In this document: positions 57,982-64,000 of the stretch, one piece after another | Position numbering within the stretch: the stretch's first letter is position 1 | How the letters are laid out: the number at the start of each line of letters is the position of its first letter | DNA from: an uncultured Anaerolineales bacterium | Lineage (GTDB): Bacteria; Chloroflexota; Anaerolineae; UBA7937; B3-Chlor | Length of the DNA stretch: 64,000 bases | Direction of reading: 5' to 3' | NCBI GenBank assembly: GCA_964433755.1 | Contig: CAYSSR010000002.1 | Span: 278,351-342,350, forward strand | Translations under genes and position numbers: made by a program | The notes under the pieces: generated by a model | The model's database searches: none | What the model saw: the letters and a program-made list of their open reading frames with translations, nothing else | Told to the model about the DNA's origin: nothing

Positions 57982-58055
57982 GGTGGACGTAGCTCAACTG
58001 GCAGAGCACTGGACTGTGGATCCTGAGGTTGCGGGTTCGATCCCCGTCGTCCACC
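57982..58055 (+). tRNA. tRNA-His (anticodon GTG) with encoded G-1. No encoded CCA.
   Basis: Manual fold: 7-bp acceptor stem plus G-1, D arm GCUC/GAGC, anticodon loop CUGUGGA, T arm GCGGG-UUCGAUC-CCCGU, discriminator C. Confidence 0.85.
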
Positions 58056-58169
58056 CTTGTAGCCGTTGGAGGAGCCGCAGGTACTCGACCCGGGCTCCTC
58101 TTTTTTACCCCCGTGGCCAACCCACCGTCGAGCCAAACGCACTTCGTTGACGTTACAGGAGGCCAACTG

Positions 58170-59885
58170 ATGGAGCAGCACAAGGATGACCCTCACCACT
58201 CCAGTACGCTCCTCATCGACGGAGAAGCTCTGTCCGTCGATGAGGTGGTGGATGTGGCTCGCCACGGCAGAACAGTCCAGTTGTCTTCTCAGGCGATGGA
58301 ACGCGTCGAGGATTGCCGGCAGTGGGTGGACGAGATCGTGAACGAGGGAAAGCTCACGGTGTATGGGTTGACGACTGGCTACGGCTCGCTGGCGGAGGTC
58401 AAGATCCCAGCGACTGACGTCGAGACCCTGACCCGAAACATGATCATGAGCCACTCTGCAGGAGTCGGCCAACCCCTCGATACCGAGACGGTGCGAGCCA
58501 CGATGTTGATTCGCGCCAATACGCTAGCCAAGGGGTATTCGGGTGTCAGAGTGGAGGTTCTGGAGACGCTCCTAGCCATGCTCAACAGGGGTGTACACCC
58601 TGTCTTGCCGGAGAAAGGCTCTCTGGGCGCCAGCGGAGACCTGGCCCCGCTGTCCCACCTGGCTCTGGCGCTGAGCGAGGACACGGAGGGAGGCGAAGCC
58701 TTCTACCAGGGTAGGTGGATGACCGCCAAGGAGGCCATGGAGAGGGCCGGCCTCCAGCAGGTGGAACTGAAGGCCAAGGAGGGCCTGGCCCTCAACAACG
58801 GGGCCACAGTCAGCGCGGCCATCGCAGCGCTGGCTCTGCACGACGCGGAGATGCTGGTCAAGAACTCTGAGATCGCCCTGGCCATGAGCCTGGAGGCTCT
58901 GCGCGGGGTATCCGACGCGTTTCACCATAGAGTGCATGCGGCACGCGGCCACGACGGGCAGATCCGCTGCGCCGCCAACGTTCTGCGTCTGGTCGAAGGG
59001 AGCGAGCTGATCGATTCCACCTCACGGGTCCAGGACGCCTACTCCCTACGCTGTGCGCCTCAGGTCATCGGTGCGGCGCGAGACGTCCTGTCCTTCGTAC
59101 GCTACGTCGTCGACAGGGAGATCAACGCCGCCACAGACAATCCGCTCATCTTCCTGGACCTGCCGGAGAGCAGGGAGAACAAAGCCATCTCGGCCGGCAA
59201 CTTCCATGGAGAGCCCCTGGCCCTGGCCATGGACATGCTGGGCATGGCCGTCGCCGAGATAGGAAGTATCTCCGAGCGCAGGGTCTTCCGTCTCCTCGAC
59301 AACACGCTCAGCGCCGGCCTGCCCGCCATGCTCATCGAAGACAGCGGGCTCAACAATGGGCTGATGATGGCGCAGTACACGGCGGCTGCGCTCGTCTCCG
59401 ACGACAAGACCCTGGCCCATCCGGATAGCGTGGACTCGATACCCACGTGCGCCAACCAGGAAGACCACGTCAGTATGAGCACCAACGCCGCCCGGCACGC
59501 CAGAGAGATCGTGCGCAACGTGGAGCACATCGTGGGGATCGAGATGGTCTGCGCGGCCCAGGCCCTCGACTTCCGACGAAGTGGACTCGAGTTCTGCGCC
59601 ACGTCGTGGCAACGGGACGACGACTTGCGGCAGTGCCGCAAGACTGTAGAATACGAGTTGAGAAAGGGAAGAGCGGTGAGCAAGGCCCGTCTCGGCGTGG
59701 GCACTGAGGCCGCGCACCAGGCTATCAGAGCACAGATCGAGCATCTGAGTCAGGACAGGCCCATCTACCCTGACCTCGGCCGTGCTGCTGCCATGGTGCA
59801 TAGTGGTGACATCGTCAGGACGGTCGAAACGTCTCTGGGGGAGCCTCTGGCCGGCCTGGCAGAACTCACGATCAAAGGGAACTAG
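58170..59885 (+). CDS. hutH: Histidine ammonia-lyase
   Basis: ASGDLAPLSHLAL (MIO-forming Ala-Ser-Gly). Start taken at MEQHK, preceded by AGGAGG. Confidence 0.9.
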   Translation: MEQHKDDPHHSSTLLIDGEALSVDEVVDVARHGRTVQLSSQAMERVEDCRQWVDEIVNEGKLTVYGLTTGYGSLAEVKIPATDVETLTRNMIMSHSAGVGQPLDTETVRATMLIRANTLAKGYSGVRVEVLETLLAMLNRGVHPVLPEKGSLGASGDLAPLSHLALALSEDTEGGEAFYQGRWMTAKEAMERAGLQQVELKAKEGLALNNGATVSAAIAALALHDAEMLVKNSEIALAMSLEALRGVSDAFHHRVHAARGHDGQIRCAANVLRLVEGSELIDSTSRVQDAYSLRCAPQVIGAARDVLSFVRYVVDREINAATDNPLIFLDLPESRENKAISAGNFHGEPLALAMDMLGMAVAEIGSISERRVFRLLDNTLSAGLPAMLIEDSGLNNGLMMAQYTAAALVSDDKTLAHPDSVDSIPTCANQEDHVSMSTNAARHAREIVRNVEHIVGIEMVCAAQALDFRRSGLEFCATSWQRDDDLRQCRKTVEYELRKGRAVSKARLGVGTEAAHQAIRAQIEHLSQDRPIYPDLGRAAAMVHSGDIVRTVETSLGEPLAGLAELTIKGN

Positions 59886-59964
59886 CCGACCATCTCGCAC
59901 CAAACCAGACGGTGACGGAAGACCTAGAGGCAGACAGAACAAAGCAGAGAAAGGGCAAAGCAGA

Positions 59965-61302
59965 GTGGCTACTACAGTGACACCCAAGCTTCCCAGAGGG
60001 ATGAGGGACTTCCTGCCCCGGCAGATGATCCTTCGCCAGTACGTGATCGACGTCATCCGAGAGGTATTCGAGAGCTTCGGATACGAGCCTCTCAGCACTC
60101 CCTCTGTGGAACTCCACGAGACCCTGACCGGAAAGTACGGCCCCGACGCCGAGCGTATGATCTACAACGTCTCGCGGAGAGGTGGCAAGGAGAAGCTGGC
60201 GCTGCGGTACGACCTCTCGGTACCCCTCTCGCGCGTCGCAGCCATGTATCCAGATCTCCAGAAGCCCTTCAAACGATACCAGATCTCCCCCGTCTGGCGA
60301 GGGGAGCGTCCAGGCAAGGGTCGCTATCGCGAGTTCTATCAGTGCGACGTGGATACGGTGGGCAGCGCCAGCATGCTCGCCGACGCCGAGATGGTTGACA
60401 TCATGCACGAGGTCCTGAGCCGCCTCGGTTTCCAGCAGTTCGTGGTGAGGATCAACAACCGCAAGATCTTGACGGGCATCGGCCAATTCGCCGGGGTGCC
60501 GCAGGAGTTGCTGGGCGGTCTGTACCGCTCTATCGACAAGCTGGACAAGATCGGCCTGGACGGGGTCAAGGAAGAGCTCAGGTCCAATCAGATCCCTGAG
60601 GACGTGATCGCTCGACTCGTGGAGCTGCTTCAGGTCACCGGTGACGGCAAGGCCATCCCCGACGAGCTCAGACGGACGCTGGGTGACTATCCAGCAGCCC
60701 TGGAAGGCATCGAGGAACTGGAAGAGATCGTCGCATACCTGGAAGCTCTGGAAGTCCCTCGCGAGCGATACCAGGTCGATTTCGCCATGGTGAGGGGCCT
60801 CGACTACTACACCGGCCCCATCTACGAGACAGTGGTGGAGGAGCCCCGCATCGGCAGCATCTGCGGAGGCGGTCGGTACGACGAACTGATCGGCACCTTC
60901 ACCGACAGGAGCTACCCCGCGACGGGCACTAGCTTCGGTATCGAGCGCATCATCGACGTGATGGAAGAGCTCCACATGTTCCCCCCTGAGGTGGGCACGA
61001 CCAACACGCAAGTTCTGGTCACCATCTTCGACGAGACCCACACCGGCGCCTCGCTCAGAACGAGCAACCGCCTACGTGGGGGTGGTCTGAACGTGGATCT
61101 GTACTTCGAGAACGATCCCCTGGGAGATCAGATACGCCACGCCCTGAAAAAGGGCATCCCCTACGTGGTCATCGTAGGGCCTGACGAACTTGCCTCGGGG
61201 CAGGTCACTATCCGCAACCTGTCCCTGAAAGAGCAGCGGACCGTTGCCGAATCCGAGGTCGTCGCAAACATCAACGATTGGGAGGCTGCCTCGGACACAT
61301 GA
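59965..61302 (+). CDS. hisS: Histidine--tRNA ligase (class IIa, with anticodon-binding domain)
   Basis: PRGMRDFLP N-terminus, motif 2 GRYREFYQCDVD, motif 3, and a C-terminal anticodon-binding domain. The GTG start is uncertain (the ORF track begins at 59782). Confidence 0.75.
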   Translation: MATTVTPKLPRGMRDFLPRQMILRQYVIDVIREVFESFGYEPLSTPSVELHETLTGKYGPDAERMIYNVSRRGGKEKLALRYDLSVPLSRVAAMYPDLQKPFKRYQISPVWRGERPGKGRYREFYQCDVDTVGSASMLADAEMVDIMHEVLSRLGFQQFVVRINNRKILTGIGQFAGVPQELLGGLYRSIDKLDKIGLDGVKEELRSNQIPEDVIARLVELLQVTGDGKAIPDELRRTLGDYPAALEGIEELEEIVAYLEALEVPRERYQVDFAMVRGLDYYTGPIYETVVEEPRIGSICGGGRYDELIGTFTDRSYPATGTSFGIERIIDVMEELHMFPPEVGTTNTQVLVTIFDETHTGASLRTSNRLRGGGLNVDLYFENDPLGDQIRHALKKGIPYVVIVGPDELASGQVTIRNLSLKEQRTVAESEVVANINDWEAASDT

Positions 61303-62063
61303 GTGGCATCAAAGGCATCATCTTCGACCTCGGCAACACGCTGATGTACCTGGACGATGAATGGGAAAACGTAGGGCTCCGAGGAGCCCAGGACCTGGTG
61401 AGCTTTCTCACGGCGCATGGGCTAGACGTCGATCCCCATCGCTTCGGCGACGACTACCTCTCCGCCCGCCAGGCGCTGTATGCCAGGGCGGTGGAGGAGC
61501 GGGTCGAATACACGGCGGAATACTCGCTGAGAGCTTTGCTCGCCGAGCACGGCCACGAAGACGTTGGCCCAGAGTTGATCGAGATGGCGCTGCGCTCCTT
61601 CTTCTCCTTCGAGGAGGAGAAGTGGACAGCCTACCCGGAGGCCCAGGCCACGTTGCGCCAGTTATCCGACTCGGGCTACAGACTGGCTCTCATCTCCAAC
61701 GCCACAGATGATCGCCTCATCCAGGGTCTGGTGGACCGGTTCGACTTCAGGAAGTGGTTCGACGTAGCCATCACCTCTGCGGGGGTCGGGCTACGCAAGC
61801 CACATCCGGGCATCTTCGAGAAGGTGCTGAGCCAATGGGATTGTCCACCCTCCCAGGTGGTGATGGTCGGGGACACTCTCGGCTTCGACGTCCTGGGTGC
61901 TCACAACTCCGGCGTCAAGGGCGTCCTGGCTGCCTGGGACCTCTACCCTGACTACGCCGCAGGGGGCGACCACGTCGTCCCTGACGCGACCGCCCGCAGC
62001 CTCTCCGACCTGCCGGGAGTCATAGCCACCCTCTCCCGGCCGAACTCCACAGTGACGAAGTAG
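61299..62063 (+). CDS. HAD-superfamily hydrolase
   Basis: IIFDLGNTL motif I. 4-nt overlap with the hisS stop. Confidence 0.8.
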   Translation: MSGIKGIIFDLGNTLMYLDDEWENVGLRGAQDLVSFLTAHGLDVDPHRFGDDYLSARQALYARAVEERVEYTAEYSLRALLAEHGHEDVGPELIEMALRSFFSFEEEKWTAYPEAQATLRQLSDSGYRLALISNATDDRLIQGLVDRFDFRKWFDVAITSAGVGLRKPHPGIFEKVLSQWDCPPSQVVMVGDTLGFDVLGAHNSGVKGVLAAWDLYPDYAAGGDHVVPDATARSLSDLPGVIATLSRPNSTVTK

Positions 62064-62067
62064 CCGC

Positions 62068-62697
62068 ATGGAGATCAAGGCCGTCATCTTCGACCTGGGT
62101 GGGGTGCTGGTGCGCACTGAGTTTCCCCAGGCTCGTCGTGAGCTGGCCCGGCAGCTGGGTCAGGACCTCGAGACCCTGGACCGCCTCATCTGGGGCCGCG
62201 AGGACTGGGAGCTGGCCCAGATAGGCGCAATCACCTACGACGAGTATTGGAGCCGCGTGGCGGCCGACCTGGGCTTGACCACACCTGAGGAGTTGTCCGA
62301 TTTCCGCCGGGAGTACTTCTCGGGCGATCGAGTCAACCAGGAACTGGTGGCTCTGATCAAGAACCTGCGGAAAGACTACAAGATCGGCCTCCTCAGCAAC
62401 GCTCCCGACAGGCTGGACGTCTGGCTGGAGGAGCACTGGGGGATCAAGGAGCTCTTCGACGCCATCGTCTACTCGGCGAAGGTAGGTATGGCCAAACCTG
62501 ACCTCGCCATATACCGACTGGTCCTCGACCGGCTCGACGTGCTGCCCTCCGAGGCCGTCTTCATCGACGACTATCCCCGCAACGTCAACGCCGCCCTCGA
62601 ACTGGGCATGAAGGCCATTCGTTTCACCGGTACCGGGGCGTTACTGGAGGAACTCCCACGGTACGTCCAATGGAGCGCCCAGGACCCCAGCGCTTGA
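62068..62697 (+). CDS. HAD-superfamily hydrolase
   Basis: VIFDLGGVL motif I. Confidence 0.8.
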   Translation: MEIKAVIFDLGGVLVRTEFPQARRELARQLGQDLETLDRLIWGREDWELAQIGAITYDEYWSRVAADLGLTTPEELSDFRREYFSGDRVNQELVALIKNLRKDYKIGLLSNAPDRLDVWLEEHWGIKELFDAIVYSAKVGMAKPDLAIYRLVLDRLDVLPSEAVFIDDYPRNVNAALELGMKAIRFTGTGALLEELPRYVQWSAQDPSA

Positions 62698-63383
62698 GGA
62701 TAGACCTTCACGTCCACACGGCGTGCTCCGAGGACTGCTGGGTTCCCCTCGATGCTGTCATCGAGGCAGTGCTGAAAAGCTCCGCAGACGCCATCGCCGT
62801 CATCGACCACAACGAGATCGACGGTGCCCTCCAGCTCGCGAGCCAGGCGCCCTTTCCCGTCATCGTGGGCGAGGAGATCGCGTCGCAGCAAGGGGAGATC
62901 GCGGGGCTGCTCCTCTCGGAGTGTATTCCACCAGGTCTTTCCGCGCAGGAGACCATAGACCGCATCAAGGAGCAGGGTGGCCTGGTCTACGTCCCACGCC
63001 CGCTTGCCAGGGACGTGCCGACCGCCCTCGGTCGCAAGAACCTCGAAGCCATCATCGACCGTGTCGACATCATGGGGGGCTTCAACGCCAGGATTCTGCG
63101 TCACGCGGACAACCTCTCCGCACAAGAGATAGCCCGGCAGTACGACGTTCCCATGGCCGCCGGCAGCGATGCCCACTTCGCCAGGGAGATCGGTCGCGCG
63201 GGGGTAGAGCTCGATCCGTTCACCGGTCCGGCGGAATTCCTGGAAAAGCTGCGCGGCGGCACCATCTTTGGACGTCGCACTCCCTACTTCTACAGCCTGG
63301 TGACGTGCGGCTTGTGGTACGTGGACAAGGGCCGAGAGCTGGCACACAGGGCCAGGAAGCTTGGCCGCCGCGATGGGCAGTAG
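62670..63383 (+). CDS. PHP-domain metal-dependent phosphoesterase
   Basis: LHVHTACSED and IDHNEIDG motifs. The true start may be the TTG at ~62694 overlapping the upstream stop. Confidence 0.7.
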   Translation: MERPGPQRLRIDLHVHTACSEDCWVPLDAVIEAVLKSSADAIAVIDHNEIDGALQLASQAPFPVIVGEEIASQQGEIAGLLLSECIPPGLSAQETIDRIKEQGGLVYVPRPLARDVPTALGRKNLEAIIDRVDIMGGFNARILRHADNLSAQEIARQYDVPMAAGSDAHFAREIGRAGVELDPFTGPAEFLEKLRGGTIFGRRTPYFYSLVTCGLWYVDKGRELAHRARKLGRRDGQ

Positions 63384-63434
63384 CGGGAGTTGGTGAGAGA
63401 GACGTGGTGTGCCAGCCTGGCCCGGGCGACAGAG

Positions 63435-63998
63435 CTACCGGATAATCCCCGTCGCCCTTCCATGACCCTCCTCGAGCACCAGAGTCTCTATGGTCATAGG
63501 CAGGCGTTCGGCTTGGCCCAACTGTTTGTCGATCTCCGCCTGAATGCGCTGCCGAACGAAGCCGGGGACGGACACTCCCCCCATACCCAGATGCTCCACG
63601 ACGATGATCGGGACCCCGTCGCGGAGGGAGACGCTGGCCCGCCCCTCCAGGCCCACACGTAGCCCCGCTATGTGGGCCTCGCCCCAGACCTCCACTCCAT
63701 CAGGATGGATCTCGACCCGCGGATAGCGGAAGGGCATGCTGGGATGCCGGTTCAGGAACCAGGTGATACCCTCCTCGGCCTCCAGGTTGGTGAGCCTCAG
63801 CTCGAAGGGCTCTCCATGGTGCGTCCCCTCGATGATACGCTCCCGCAGATCGGCCAGATCGGGATCGAGCCTGGGCTCCACGACGTGCTGTGGCTCCCTG
63901 GCCGAGAAGGCCAATGTCCAGGCCACACCATTCGCGGCCAGCAGCGCAACCGCGATCCACAGGCTGGCGTTCGTCAGAGAGCGACGAACTACATGCAT
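63435..63998 (-). CDS. Hypothetical membrane-anchored protein
   Basis: N-terminal TM helix. No recognisable motif. Confidence 0.4.
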   Translation of the reverse strand: MHVVRRSLTNASLWIAVALLAANGVAWTLAFSAREPQHVVEPRLDPDLADLRERIIEGTHHGEPFELRLTNLEAEEGITWFLNRHPSMPFRYPRVEIHPDGVEVWGEAHIAGLRVGLEGRASVSLRDGVPIIVVEHLGMGGVSVPGFVRQRIQAEIDKQLGQAERLPMTIETLVLEEGHGRATGIIR

Positions 63999-64000
63999 GG

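Noticed and set aside
59782-59964. Upstream extension of hisS as given in the ORF track (MLLPWCIV...)
   Set aside because: The extension overlaps the end of hutH and has an Arg/Gly/Pro-rich composition. The HisRS N-terminal signature begins at PRGMRDFLP, so a GTG start near 59965 is more plausible.
1-64000. CRISPR arrays, transposases/IS elements, integrases, rRNA
   Set aside because: No short regular direct-repeat arrays, no transposase or integrase motifs, and no rRNA-like conserved blocks were seen. The only tRNA found is tRNA-His.

Overview
GC-rich (~62%) bacterial chromosomal window, probably Chloroflexota-like but the taxon cannot be fixed from sequence alone. About 60 genes are supported, with no rRNA, CRISPR array or transposase. 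Main blocks, start to end: (1) partial OmpR-type regulator, three TTTACC direct repeats, a small hydrophobic ORF, a patatin-like lipase and DegV, then a PcrA/UvrD helicase. (2) A long minus-strand catabolic region (5.1-21.2 kb) read divergently from a GntR regulator. It runs SDR, 3-hydroxyacyl-CoA-DH-like, HpcH-type aldolase, 2-hydroxyacid DH, SDR, MBL hydrolase, mutarotase-like protein and a CUT2-type sugar ABC importer. It then runs straight into a corrinoid-dependent methyltransferase module: two URO-D-like methyltransferases, a corrinoid protein and a pterin-binding methyl-THF methyltransferase. (3) On the plus side of GntR: polyol dehydrogenase, class II aldolase, FGGY kinase and a GlcD/GlcF-like oxidase pair. 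(4) The iscR-nifS-nifU operon. (5) A secreted-protein island at 31.0-39.5 kb carrying three GEMM-I (c-di-GMP-I-like) riboswitch aptamers. The three aptamers precede a C1 cysteine protease, a CAP/SCP protein, and two paralogous BNR-propeller/DUF11 proteins with PEP-CTERM anchors flanking a parallel beta-helix/DUF11 protein. The promoters are divergent, and two of the leaders are near-identical over about 90 nt. This island is the most interesting part of the window. (6) A TPP riboswitch with promoter and terminator in front of a thiamine salvage operon (thiamine pyrophosphokinase, YkoF, NMT1-type ABC transporter). (7) A DUF4388 / Ras-like GTPase / Roadblock / V4R signalling module. (8) E1 alpha/beta of a 2-oxoacid dehydrogenase followed by an HExxH peptidase and a beta-CASP RNase. 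(9) A histidine-themed locus: hutU, an embedded AbrB-PIN toxin-antitoxin pair, hutI, a hypothetical protein, tRNA-His(GTG) with its own promoter, hutH and hisS. Many near-consensus sigma70 promoters (TTGACA-17-TATAAT/TATACT) are visible by eye. Coordinates of non-coding features were read by hand and may be off by 1-2 nt.
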